A stretch of DNA of 64,000 nucleotides, taken from assembly GCA_963716395.1 (NCBI GenBank), contig OY970309.1, forward strand, positions 2,912,001-2,976,000. The letters are read 5' to 3'. Below, piece after piece: positions 8,852 to 18,718 of this stretch. Made by a program: the position numbers and the translations under genes. A model generated the notes under the pieces. That model saw only the letters and a list, made by a program, of their open reading frames with translations. It did no database searches and had not been told where the DNA came from. This DNA comes from an uncultured Fibrobacteria bacterium (GTDB taxonomy: Bacteria; Fibrobacterota; Fibrobacteria; UBA11236). Numbering within the stretch: the stretch's first letter is position 1; every line of letters begins with the position of its first letter.

Positions 8852-11274
8852 TGGCCGCCGCGGCGACAAACCCGGAAGAAACCGCGACGGATCACGGATT
8901 GCCGGGATTCGTCTATCCCCTCATGTTCCTGGGCGGCAGCCTGCCGCTCTGGCCCTTCCTTGCGCGCTTGCGCTCGCGCTGGCTGCGCGCCGTGGTCTTG
9001 GGCCTGCCGCTGGTCGAATTTTTACTGCCGGTGACCCTGCCGTGGAATTGGCTGCTGGTGGCGCCGACGCTGATCGCTTTGCAGGCCGGCTTCGCCGTGC
9101 TCTTCCTGCTTTTCATTCCGCCGCTCCGTCGGGCGCGGCCGCCGGGAGGCGCGGGCGAACGGCTGCGCCGCGGGCTGGCATTGGCCGCCGCCGGCTTGCC
9201 TTTCGGACTCATTCTCGTGGGCATGGAGCAATGGCTGACCGATGCCTTATGGAGCAGCTATTACCCGGTCAACTCTTCCATCGATTCGATTTCGCAGGAG
9301 GTGGGCGCGGCGTGGGTGCTGTTTGCCGTGGTGCTGGCCTTTTCCGCCTTTCACGTGTCGCCCTGGTTGCGGCCGGCCACGCCTCTGCGCGTGCTGCGCC
9401 TTTTGTTCTGGACCTTCGCGGCTTATCTCGTCGTGCATCAGTTATACCTGGTGCTGGTGGCCATTCCCGAATGGCAAACCGACGTGCGCGAGATTTTTCC
9501 GCCTTGGGTGGTGGCGTTGCGCGAACTCGTTTTCCAACTGCTGGTGTATGCCGGCGTGCCGGCGGCCCTGGGCAGCTTGTTCCGCCGCCGGGGCCGCGCG
9601 GCGTTGCGGGAATTCGGATTGTCCCTGGCGTCGGTGGCCTTGGCCTTGGTGGCGCTGGCCTGGGTCAGCGGCATGCCCATTCACGACGCGCTGCTGCTCG
9701 GCCAAAATGCGGAGAAATCGGGACGGCCTGCACGGGCGATTCCGTGGTACGGGCGCGCGCTGACCTGGAGCCAGTCCGACAAGCTTAAATCGTATCTGCA
9801 ATTCCATGTCGGATTGCTGTACCGCAAGACCGGCAAGCTCGAGGCGGCCCGCGACGCCTTTTTGCGCGTGCTGGTGCGCTACCCGCATGATGAGGATTTG
9901 CTGGCCGACGCCGACGAATTCAAAGATAAATTGCAAGTCGGCGCGGGCACCCGCGGTCGGCGCGTGGTCATTCCCGGCATCGAAGCGCGCACCGAATACA
10001 AGGCCGCCTATTGCGTGCCCAATTCGCTGGGCCTTATTCTCAATTTCTGGGGTGACCGGCTGGGCGCGAAAAAAATCGGATCGGAAATCACCGAGTTGGA
10101 TCGCGGCAGCCTGCTCACCGATGAGGTGTACTTCGCCGAAGAGCGCGGCTTCACCAGCCTCGTGCTTCCCTTGTGCACTTTGCAACAGGTGTTCCGCCTC
10201 ATCGATCACGGCATCCCCGTGCTGGCCTTCATCCCCGGCCACGTGCTGGCGGTCTTCGGCTATGATCAGGCCCTGGGAACCTTGGTCACCTACGATGTGA
10301 GCACCTTCGACATCTGGGACGACGAACGCTGGAACGATTTCGGCTCGGATTGGTGCAAAACCTTCAACACCTTGGGCGTCGTGGTGCCCAAAGCCATGCT
10401 GCCGGCGGTGCGCGCGGTGTTGGGCAGCGACGTCGAGCAGCGGTCGGAAGCTTATCTGCAATACCTGCTGGCGTCGATGACCGAGGGCGATCCCGACTTG
10501 CGCGAGCATCGGATGCGGCGCGCCCTGGGCCGCGGATTCTTTCCGGCCGACTGGGATTACCACGCCCTGTTCGGCGACACGTCGGCGCCGTCTACGCCCG
10601 ACTCCGAGGCCGTGCGCTTCCTGCTGGCGCATGAAACCGGCGATGACCCGCCCATGGATTTCGCCGCCGATTGCATTTGGCGCGGCCATCCGGACGTGGC
10701 CATCGACTTTCTGCAAAAGCTCGGGACCGCGGCCAGCGGCGGGTTGTCGCCGCAATTGCTGACGGCCCTGGCCGCGGCCGAATTGAGCCGGGGACAGACC
10801 GATTCGGCCGTCGCCACCCTGGCGCAGACGCCGCCGGAAACGCTCGATCCGGCTTCGGCCGCGTTTCTTTTGCGCGCCGCCGAACGCGAGGGCATCGATG
10901 ACGACGCGTGGGTCGAGCGACTCAGCCAGGATTTGCTCGGCCGCGAAGAATTGCGGGGCGACGAAGCGCGCCTGGCTTTCGCAGCCTGGCGGCGCAACGC
11001 CGATGTGGGCCCGCGCAATCTCGACGGCGTCCTGGATCAAACTCAGGCGTATCTGGATCAATGGGAGCCCTACGACACCACGGCCATCGTGGATTTACGC
11101 TTGCTGCTCGGCCGCAAGGTGTTCCGACCCGGCGACGAATTGGCCCAGCATGCCTGGCATAAGCAGGATCGCCTGCTGCACATGCGGCTGACGCGCCTGC
11201 GCTGGGCCGCCGAAGAGCCGCCCCCGGCGAACGGACCCCGACGGCCTTCCGTGCGGCGTCGACACGGCTCCTGA
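8848..11274 (+). CDS. Multi-pass membrane protein with TPR repeats and a C39-like cysteine peptidase domain
   Basis: YCVPNSLGLILNFWG (Cys), GIPVLAFIPGHVLAVFGYD (His), LVTYD (Asp); TM N-terminus; TPR YLQFHVGLLYRKTG; GTGA overlap with upstream gene. Confidence 0.8.
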   Translation: MMAAAATNPEETATDHGLPGFVYPLMFLGGSLPLWPFLARLRSRWLRAVVLGLPLVEFLLPVTLPWNWLLVAPTLIALQAGFAVLFLLFIPPLRRARPPGGAGERLRRGLALAAAGLPFGLILVGMEQWLTDALWSSYYPVNSSIDSISQEVGAAWVLFAVVLAFSAFHVSPWLRPATPLRVLRLLFWTFAAYLVVHQLYLVLVAIPEWQTDVREIFPPWVVALRELVFQLLVYAGVPAALGSLFRRRGRAALREFGLSLASVALALVALAWVSGMPIHDALLLGQNAEKSGRPARAIPWYGRALTWSQSDKLKSYLQFHVGLLYRKTGKLEAARDAFLRVLVRYPHDEDLLADADEFKDKLQVGAGTRGRRVVIPGIEARTEYKAAYCVPNSLGLILNFWGDRLGAKKIGSEITELDRGSLLTDEVYFAEERGFTSLVLPLCTLQQVFRLIDHGIPVLAFIPGHVLAVFGYDQALGTLVTYDVSTFDIWDDERWNDFGSDWCKTFNTLGVVVPKAMLPAVRAVLGSDVEQRSEAYLQYLLASMTEGDPDLREHRMRRALGRGFFPADWDYHALFGDTSAPSTPDSEAVRFLLAHETGDDPPMDFAADCIWRGHPDVAIDFLQKLGTAASGGLSPQLLTALAAAELSRGQTDSAVATLAQTPPETLDPASAAFLLRAAEREGIDDDAWVERLSQDLLGREELRGDEARLAFAAWRRNADVGPRNLDGVLDQTQAYLDQWEPYDTTAIVDLRLLLGRKVFRPGDELAQHAWHKQDRLLHMRLTRLRWAAEEPPPANGPRRPSVRRRHGS

Positions 11275-11335
11275 TTTCCGGCTTTCACGGGCCGGCGCTG
11301 GATCCGGCGTTCCGATCCAGCGTATATTTTCGGCC

Positions 11336-11620
11336 ATGGACAAAGCCTCGGAAAGCATGCCCCAGAACTTGATCGCCAAGCGCAACTGGGTCGATGAATT
11401 GGCCTGGTACCTGATGGTGATGGGCTTCATCGGCCTGCTGTTCGCCGGTCTGTGTTTTTTTCTGTTCCGCAACCATCCCCTGACGTACGCCAATTACAGC
11501 CTCAACGCGAACGTGCTCGGCAAGTATCTGCTGCTGGCCGGCATGGCGTCCTACGCGCTGGGGCGCATCATCTATTACGTGCGCCGTTTTCGCCGGCGGC
11601 GCCTCGAACATCGCCCATGA
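11336..11620 (+). CDS. Small two-TM membrane protein
   Basis: Two hydrophobic helices, Arg-rich C-terminus, ATGA overlap with the ABC ATPase. Confidence 0.7.
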   Translation: MDKASESMPQNLIAKRNWVDELAWYLMVMGFIGLLFAGLCFFLFRNHPLTYANYSLNANVLGKYLLLAGMASYALGRIIYYVRRFRRRRLEHRP

Positions 11621-12519
11621 TCGAGGTCCGGGAGCTTCGCAAAACCTATCACCTCGGTTTTTTCCGGCGTCCCTTGCCGGCCTTGCGTGGCGTTACCCTG
11701 ACCGTGGGCGAAGGGGATTTGTTCGGCTTCATCGGCCCCAACGGGGCGGGTAAATCCACCACCATCAAGATTCTTCTCGGCCTTCTCTTCGCCGACGGCG
11801 GCAGCGCTTCGCTCATGGGTCGGCCGGCCGGTTCGGCCCTCAGCCGCCGTGAAGTGGGGTACCTTCCCGAACAGCCCTATTTTTACGACTACCTCAGCGG
11901 TGCCGAGTTTCTGCGCTTTTACGGCGGCCTGTCGCGGCTTTCCGGCCTTCTGCTGCGCCGGCGGATGGAAGAATGCTGCCAACGCACCGGCGTGCAGCCG
12001 GAATGGCTGCACCGCAAACTGCGCACCTACAGCAAAGGCATGTTGCAGCGCATCGGCCTGGCGCAGGCGTTGCTGTCGCATCCGCGCCTGGTGATCTTCG
12101 ACGAACCCATGTCGGGGCTCGATCCGTTGGGCCGGCGCGAGGTGCGGCAATTGCTGCTCGGCCTGCATGCCGAAGGCGTGACCGTGTTTTACTCGAGCCA
12201 CGTGCTCTCCGACGTCGAAGCTGTGTGCACGCGGCTGGCCATGGTGGTGGGCGGCACGGTGCGGCGGCAGGGCACGGTCGACGAAGTGGTGGCCGGCGAA
12301 AAAGAAAGCTTTCTCGTCACCCTGGAAAAACCGGCGCAGCCGCCGGCGGGACCGCGCTGGCGCCAAGCCGATGCGCTGCATGTCGAATGCGCGGATCAAG
12401 CCGGCAAAATGGAATTTCTGCAATGGGCCCTGGCCCAGGGCCTGGGCATCGTCACCGTCGAACGCCGCCGTCCTTCGCTCGAAGACGTGCTGGCCGAAGA
12501 GGCCGCGCGCGCGCTATGA
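11617..12519 (+). CDS. ABC transporter ATP-binding protein (PilH-like)
   Basis: Walker A GPNGAGKST, signature YSKGM, Walker B IFDEP, SSH. Confidence 0.93.
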   Translation: MIEVRELRKTYHLGFFRRPLPALRGVTLTVGEGDLFGFIGPNGAGKSTTIKILLGLLFADGGSASLMGRPAGSALSRREVGYLPEQPYFYDYLSGAEFLRFYGGLSRLSGLLLRRRMEECCQRTGVQPEWLHRKLRTYSKGMLQRIGLAQALLSHPRLVIFDEPMSGLDPLGRREVRQLLLGLHAEGVTVFYSSHVLSDVEAVCTRLAMVVGGTVRRQGTVDEVVAGEKESFLVTLEKPAQPPAGPRWRQADALHVECADQAGKMEFLQWALAQGLGIVTVERRRPSLEDVLAEEAARAL

Positions 12520-13319
12520 AAATCCTGTCGGTGTTGGCCCTGAACGCTTTTCGCGAAACCGTGCGCGACAAAATCCTCTACAACCTGGTTTTTTTCGGAT
12601 TGGGGCTCATCGCCTTCTCGCTGTTGCTGGGGGATTGGTCGGTGTTCGCGCGGGAAAAAATCATCAAGGATTTCACCTTGGCCGTGATGTCGCTGTTCGG
12701 CCTGCTCATGGCCGTGTTCGTGGGCGTCGGGCTGATTCAAAAAGAGATTCAGCGCAAAACCGTGCTGACTTTGCTGGCGCGCCCCTTTCCCCGTTGGCAA
12801 TTTTTGGTGGGCAAATACCTGGGATTGCTGGCCGTACTCCTCGTCAACGTGGTGGTGATGACGGTTTTCTTTTACGTCCTCCTGTGGCTGACGCATTCGC
12901 ATCCGACCTTTTCCCTGCTGCGCGCCATTTATCTGGTGTACTTCGAAATGGCCGTGATTGTGGCCGTGGCCCTGTTCTTCTCGGCTTTTTCCACCCCCGT
13001 GTTGTCGGCGCTGTTCACCTTGGGCGTGTATGCGGCCGGCCACCTGGCCGGAGAAATCATCCAGCATCTCGACTTTCTCCGGCGCTACGGCCAACACTTG
13101 CCGGGCATCGAACTCATGCCGATTTGGCTGCAACGCGGCATGCGTGTGGCCTATTACTTCATCCCCAATCTCTCCGACTTCAACATCCGCGATCGCATCG
13201 TATACGCCCTGCCGCTGCCGCCGCATTACCTTCTGCGCACCTCGGTTTATGGCGGGTTTTGGGTTGCGTTTTTTCTCTGCGCCGCGTGCCTGGTTTTCCG
13301 CCGCCGCGATTTCGTCTGA
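12516..13319 (+). CDS. ABC-2 type permease (PilI-like)
   Basis: FRETVRDKILY start, EIQRKT..LLARP..RWQFLVGKYLG, C-terminal FRRRDF; ATGA overlap. Confidence 0.9.
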   Translation: MKILSVLALNAFRETVRDKILYNLVFFGLGLIAFSLLLGDWSVFAREKIIKDFTLAVMSLFGLLMAVFVGVGLIQKEIQRKTVLTLLARPFPRWQFLVGKYLGLLAVLLVNVVVMTVFFYVLLWLTHSHPTFSLLRAIYLVYFEMAVIVAVALFFSAFSTPVLSALFTLGVYAAGHLAGEIIQHLDFLRRYGQHLPGIELMPIWLQRGMRVAYYFIPNLSDFNIRDRIVYALPLPPHYLLRTSVYGGFWVAFFLCAACLVFRRRDFV

Positions 13320-13646
13320 ACGGGTTCCGGGCCTTGGCCGGGGCGTGGGCACAATCATTTCCCGCTTGCAAGCAGCGGGCAGGGGGGTGAGGCGCGTCTT
13401 GGGCCCAAAACCGGGTGGAAGCTTGAGGGAAAAAGAAAAAAGTGAAACAAGCGGTACAAATGGGGAAATGGAACTTGAATTGAGGGGCCGGGGCAGGCGA
13501 TTTGAGATGGGGCGAAAGGAGTCTGGTTGGAAAAGAGGTTTCGATTTGCCGATGGGCCGGCTGCGAACGCCCTGTTCCCGCATGCATACTAATGGAACTG
13601 CTGGGTGGACGCGATCATGGTCTCCCCGAGGGGGGAGACGGGAATC

Positions 13647-16600
13647 TTGACGCGTAAACTCCGATTTTTAGCAGGGACGGTGTTGTGCTCGGCCGTCACG
13701 CTTTCCGCGCAAGTCGTGGTGGATAAAACCTGCGCGGCCTGTTCGCGGCTCAAGAACGACTCCCTGAATCTGCTGGTCCGGAACATCCGGGTGAACCAGG
13801 TCGGCTATTTGCCCGACGACCCGAACAAAGCCGCCTTCGTCGCCAACCCCTCCTCGCAAACGTTCAGCGTCGTGGAAGCGTCGACCCGGAAAACCGTTTT
13901 TACCGGAACCTTGAAGGATGTAGGGAGCTATACCGAAGGCGCCATGGCCATCTATTCCTATTACAACTCCATCACCCCGCTGGACAGCCTGATCCGCCCG
14001 GCGGTCAACGATCATTTGTACCGCGCGGATTTTTCGGCCTTCACGACGCCGGGCGTTTATTTGCTCACTTGCGGTTCCGACACCTCGTCGCATTTCAGCC
14101 TCGACCCCAAGGTTTACAACTACGTCTTCGAGACCTCGCTGAAATTTTTCGGGGCCCAACGCTGCGGCGACACGCATAGCTGGATGCACAAGGCCTGCCA
14201 CCTGAAGGATGGGGATTTTCTGGGCCCGCAATACGCGGGCGCGTTGACCGGCGGCTGGCACGACTGCGGCGATCACATCAAGGTGGGCGAAACCATCGGC
14301 TACGCGGCCTCGGTGTTGGCCATGACCTATGTCTTCTTCCCGCAAAAGGCCGAAGACTTTTTCGGCGCCTCCTATTCCGACACCTTGCCCTTCGGGAACG
14401 ACGGCATTCCCGACGTGCTGTACGAAGCCAAAATCGGCGCCGATTTCATTTTGAAGCTGTACAAGGTGAGCAAGCAACTGGGGTTGATCGACCAGGGTGA
14501 CATGTACCACAGCATCATCGACCTGGAGGATCATCAATACTGGGACGTACCCGAACACCAGGACCTCGCACCCCACAGCAAAGGCGGTCCGCCGCGCACA
14601 CCCCGGGCCGGCATCGGCGCCAACGTGGCGGGCATGTATGCCGCGGCCCTGGCCTTCTTCAGTTGGGGCTGGGAACCTTTCGATCCCGCCTATGCCCAGG
14701 AATGCCTGGCGGCGGCCACGGATATTTACGACAAGATCGTCATTCCCAAGCGGGGAACGCCGACGCTGAACGAGCAGGGACTCTACACCGGCGGCGGGGA
14801 GACCCGGGACGATGAGGCCCTGGCCGCCTTAGCCCTGTGGTATGCCACCAAGGATCCGCGCTTCCGCAAGGACCTGTTGGAAAATACGGCCCTCGGCAGC
14901 GACAATACGGCCCAATTCAACCAGGGCATTTTCCCCGCCGGCCTGCTGGCCTACGGCAACGGCAGGCCTTTCGCGCCCGGCGGTTGGACCTCGGATTACC
15001 AGAACACCTTCGTCTACGTGTTGTACGGCCTTTCCAAATTGATCGTCGGCAACCATGCCACGGCCGCGGCTTATGGAATCTCCGCAACCGTGGCGGACTC
15101 CCTCAACCAGGATGCCGTCGCGGCCTTGAAGCGTCTGGTGCAAACGAATTCCAACGGCAGTACCACCTACGGCGCCATCCACGCCGACGAACCCTACCAC
15201 GGCGTGTTCACCAGCGTCGCCTGGGGCTTCAACCGCTACAACATGGGCACGGTGATGGGTCTGTTCTTCTACTGGGATCTCACCCACGACCCGCTGTATT
15301 ACAACATCGGCATCGACAACCTCAATTACATCCTGGGCATGAACCCCTGGGACATCAGCTTCATCATGGGGACCGGAGAAAAGAACCTGCAGCACCCGCA
15401 TAATCGCGCCGCCAACCCCGAAGGCTACAATGCCGGCGGCCTTCCCTACGATTACACTTGCCCCAAGGGGGCACTGATGGGCGGGGCTAGCCCCGACAGC
15501 GGCGTTCTCATCGACAAATGGGATTCCTATGTCAACACCGAAACCTGCATCGACTTCTCGGCGCAGCTCATCACCTCGTTGCAAATGCTGGCCATGGATC
15601 TCCCTCCCGATACGACGGGGCCCAAATTCCGCAACGTCAATATTTTCCCCGACGTCACCACGGCCTTGGTGATCTGGTCCACCGACGAAATCTCCCGCGA
15701 CACCCTCTTCGTGCTCGACGCGCCGGGAGGCAAGGTATTGCAAACCCTGCCCGACGACTCCCTGGCGCGCAACCACCAAATCACGGTGTCGGGCCTGACG
15801 GCCAATACCACCTATTACGTCTACTTCGCGGGTATCGACATCCACAACAACTATACGGTGGACAAGAACAACGGGCAGTATTGGAAATTCACCACCAAGG
15901 CCGCCCTCGTTCCCGCCGCCATCACCCAGGTCAAGGTGTGCAACGAAACCGATCAAAGCGCCATGGTGACGTGGTGGACCCGCAACGGGTATTACTCCAG
16001 CGAGGTGGATTACGGCAAAACCACGGCCTTGGGCCAGACCCAGTCCCCCGACGACGCGGGCATCCCGACGATGTTCCACCAAGTGACCCTGCAGCAATTG
16101 GACGCCGCCACCCTGTATTACTTCCAAGTCGTGTCGGGCGCCACCACGGACAACAATGCCGGGAACTTCTACAACTTCAGCACCACCCAGGTCCTGGTCG
16201 ATTACACCATCCGTATCAAGCCCACCAACAAGGACGACGGCGGGAAAGGCACCCATTTCTACATCGACGTGACCAATAACGAAAACCGGCCATATTACGG
16301 CCTCGAATTGCGTTTTTATTTCACCGCCGACGCCACCACGGCCCACGACCTGGTCGCGCGGGGATTCGACCACCAGCGCTTCGACGTAGGCGGCGTCGCC
16401 ATACCCCTGAACATCACCTACGGCGCCGCGCAGCAGGTGCCGGGAACCACGGATCAATGGTATTTCCCCATCACGCTCAACGACACCTTGTCGGTCGCGT
16501 CGCGCGCGCGGTTCGATCTCCAAATAAATTCCGGCGGCCCGAACGGGTACAACGACCAGCCTTTCTCCTTCTTCCAGAACGCCTGGTCGATACGCGCCCA

Positions 16601-18551
16601 TACCCAACCTCCCGATCCCGTGGATTTCGGCGGAGTGGATTTGAGCTTGGGGGCCAACGGCGTTTACACGGGGCCCGACATGGTGGAGACGGTCAACGGC
16701 AAGGCGGTGATTTCCTATACCGAAGACCCCTACATCACGGCCTATTACCAGGGCGTGCACGTATTCGGTTACGGCCCCGATTACACCAGCGACGTGTTGC
16801 AAGTGAAACGCCAGGCCGCCTTATCGCTCACCCTTCCCGTGGCCACGCCCCAGGATCGCCTGGACCTGCGCCAGGAAAACGATACCTTGACCTTGGCCGG
16901 CCGGGCCTCCAGCACCCCCGACGGGCATATCGATGAAATCGTGATCAACGGAACCGATCTCCCCGCCGCGGAAATGAAATCCGATTCCGCCGGCCAGGAG
17001 GTGTCGTTCTCCCATCTCGTCAACCTGACGGAAGGCACCAACGTCTTCGATGTGATCGCCTGGGACACCGCCCATTGCGCCTTCCAGTCGCGCAAGCTCA
17101 TCGTGAATTGGAGCAAGGCGCCGCCGTTGCCCCCGCCGCAAGCGGACAAGCCCGTGGCCAATCCTCCCGGCCAAGCCGGGCACGACTCCCTCGTGGTGGC
17201 TTTGAGTTCCACCACGCCCGGAGCCGCCATTTGGTACACCGAGGATGGAACCGATCCCGCGCCCGGTGGATCCGGTTCCACGCTTTACACCGGCGTGCTG
17301 ACCTTGAAAAACCAAGTGACCCTGAAGGCCATCGCCGTGGCTGCCGGATTTTCGCCCAGCGATATCATGGTCGAGACCTACGACGTGCTTCCTTATCAGG
17401 TGGCCAATATCCGCACGGCCACCTTGGTCGACAACGATGCCGACGGTTATGCCGACGAAGTGGTGATCGCCTTGGATACGACCCAGGGCGCACCCAGCCT
17501 GGCCGTGGTGGCCGCGCAATTGCAAGGCGCGAAATTGACTTCCAATTTGGTGGCGGGGGCGTTCACCTTGACCGGCGACACGATTCGGCTCGCGCTGGCC
17601 AAAAACCTGTTGTGGGTGCAGGACGGCGTCGAGAAATTGACCTTGCCTCCGCCGGCGCAGCTCCAGGATGGCATGCTGCGCCCCGGCGACTTTACCTTGC
17701 GCGACGGCGTCGCGCCCGTATTGCGTCGGGCCGTTTTGCATCCAGGTCTGGCAGGGAATCCGGACTCCCTCTTGGTGGTGTTTTCCGAAGCCGTCCACCT
17801 CGACGGCATCGGGTCGCCCTTCACCGTCCTTCGAACTCCCGATAGCCTGACTTACGCCTTCAACCTCGCGGCGGGGACCCAAATCGACACGCTCTCCCTG
17901 GCCGCCGGCGAAACGGCGTATCTCTTGCCGGTGCGGTCCGTAACCGGGCCCGGTAACGCGGCGGTAACGCCCCAGACGGGGGATTGGGTGTGGATCGATC
18001 CCGCGGCGGGGGTGGCGGATAACGTGGGCAATTCCCAGGCGAACCCGGCCAATGCCCGGGTGCCGCTGCAAGTCGAGGTGACCTTGGCCGAGTCGATGCG
18101 GATCATCGCGGACGCCCGAGGCATCTCCCATGTGGTCCTGGGCATGCCCGGACCTTGGACCGTGTACGGCGGGCCGCAGATCCAGGGTACTTTCGGCGCG
18201 GGCGCGTCCCTGCCGGTTTATCCCACCCCACCCGACTTGAATTCCACCGCAGGCCTGATCGTGGAAAGCACCGCCCCCTTCGTCCTCACCCTTTGGGTGC
18301 ATTCCAATCTCGGCGAATTCGTCAACAAGGTGACGCTGAACGTCGACGCCGCCGAATTCAACAAGTTGGAATTGGGCGATGCGCCGGGGTCGCGACGCCT
18401 GCATTTGCTGTGGAACGGGGCCTCACATCATGGCGATTTGGTCGGAACGGGCGCCTATGTGTTTATGTGGGACATGGTCTTTTTCCCCACCGGCGAACCC
18501 GCCCACCGCGTCACGGGAAAACGTATCGTGGGCATTCTCCGTTCCCAATGA
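13647..18551 (+). CDS. Secreted multidomain GH9 endoglucanase (Ig-GH9-Fn3x2-CBM3-like-Ig-Fn3-associated-FlgD-like CTD)
   Basis: IRVNQVGY, FFGAQRCG, GGWHDCGDHIK, HPHNR, GALMGG, NTETCID; IWYTEDGTDP (CHB_HEX_C-like); LLWNG...VGTGAYV tail; TTG start after GGGGGAG. Confidence 0.9.
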   Translation: MTRKLRFLAGTVLCSAVTLSAQVVVDKTCAACSRLKNDSLNLLVRNIRVNQVGYLPDDPNKAAFVANPSSQTFSVVEASTRKTVFTGTLKDVGSYTEGAMAIYSYYNSITPLDSLIRPAVNDHLYRADFSAFTTPGVYLLTCGSDTSSHFSLDPKVYNYVFETSLKFFGAQRCGDTHSWMHKACHLKDGDFLGPQYAGALTGGWHDCGDHIKVGETIGYAASVLAMTYVFFPQKAEDFFGASYSDTLPFGNDGIPDVLYEAKIGADFILKLYKVSKQLGLIDQGDMYHSIIDLEDHQYWDVPEHQDLAPHSKGGPPRTPRAGIGANVAGMYAAALAFFSWGWEPFDPAYAQECLAAATDIYDKIVIPKRGTPTLNEQGLYTGGGETRDDEALAALALWYATKDPRFRKDLLENTALGSDNTAQFNQGIFPAGLLAYGNGRPFAPGGWTSDYQNTFVYVLYGLSKLIVGNHATAAAYGISATVADSLNQDAVAALKRLVQTNSNGSTTYGAIHADEPYHGVFTSVAWGFNRYNMGTVMGLFFYWDLTHDPLYYNIGIDNLNYILGMNPWDISFIMGTGEKNLQHPHNRAANPEGYNAGGLPYDYTCPKGALMGGASPDSGVLIDKWDSYVNTETCIDFSAQLITSLQMLAMDLPPDTTGPKFRNVNIFPDVTTALVIWSTDEISRDTLFVLDAPGGKVLQTLPDDSLARNHQITVSGLTANTTYYVYFAGIDIHNNYTVDKNNGQYWKFTTKAALVPAAITQVKVCNETDQSAMVTWWTRNGYYSSEVDYGKTTALGQTQSPDDAGIPTMFHQVTLQQLDAATLYYFQVVSGATTDNNAGNFYNFSTTQVLVDYTIRIKPTNKDDGGKGTHFYIDVTNNENRPYYGLELRFYFTADATTAHDLVARGFDHQRFDVGGVAIPLNITYGAAQQVPGTTDQWYFPITLNDTLSVASRARFDLQINSGGPNGYNDQPFSFFQNAWSIRAHTQPPDPVDFGGVDLSLGANGVYTGPDMVETVNGKAVISYTEDPYITAYYQGVHVFGYGPDYTSDVLQVKRQAALSLTLPVATPQDRLDLRQENDTLTLAGRASSTPDGHIDEIVINGTDLPAAEMKSDSAGQEVSFSHLVNLTEGTNVFDVIAWDTAHCAFQSRKLIVNWSKAPPLPPPQADKPVANPPGQAGHDSLVVALSSTTPGAAIWYTEDGTDPAPGGSGSTLYTGVLTLKNQVTLKAIAVAAGFSPSDIMVETYDVLPYQVANIRTATLVDNDADGYADEVVIALDTTQGAPSLAVVAAQLQGAKLTSNLVAGAFTLTGDTIRLALAKNLLWVQDGVEKLTLPPPAQLQDGMLRPGDFTLRDGVAPVLRRAVLHPGLAGNPDSLLVVFSEAVHLDGIGSPFTVLRTPDSLTYAFNLAAGTQIDTLSLAAGETAYLLPVRSVTGPGNAAVTPQTGDWVWIDPAAGVADNVGNSQANPANARVPLQVEVTLAESMRIIADARGISHVVLGMPGPWTVYGGPQIQGTFGAGASLPVYPTPPDLNSTAGLIVESTAPFVLTLWVHSNLGEFVNKVTLNVDAAEFNKLELGDAPGSRRLHLLWNGASHHGDLVGTGAYVFMWDMVFFPTGEPAHRVTGKRIVGILRSQ

Positions 18552-18718
18552 TCTGGTAACTCCGGGTCGGGGCGCACGGCCACGCCCGCCGTTGCCATTT
18601 CGGACTTGATGCCAGCACCCGGCGGAAAATCAGGCGCCGGAAAATGCCGAGGTTGGCGGAATGCTCTCCAAATGCGCAAGGGTATCGGGATTTCGTCCGG
18701 TTCCCGATTTACCCGCTT

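Noticed and set aside
13320-13640. Purine-rich intergenic region with a small palindrome upstream of the GH9 gene
   Set aside because: No recognisable riboswitch, ncRNA or convincing promoter.
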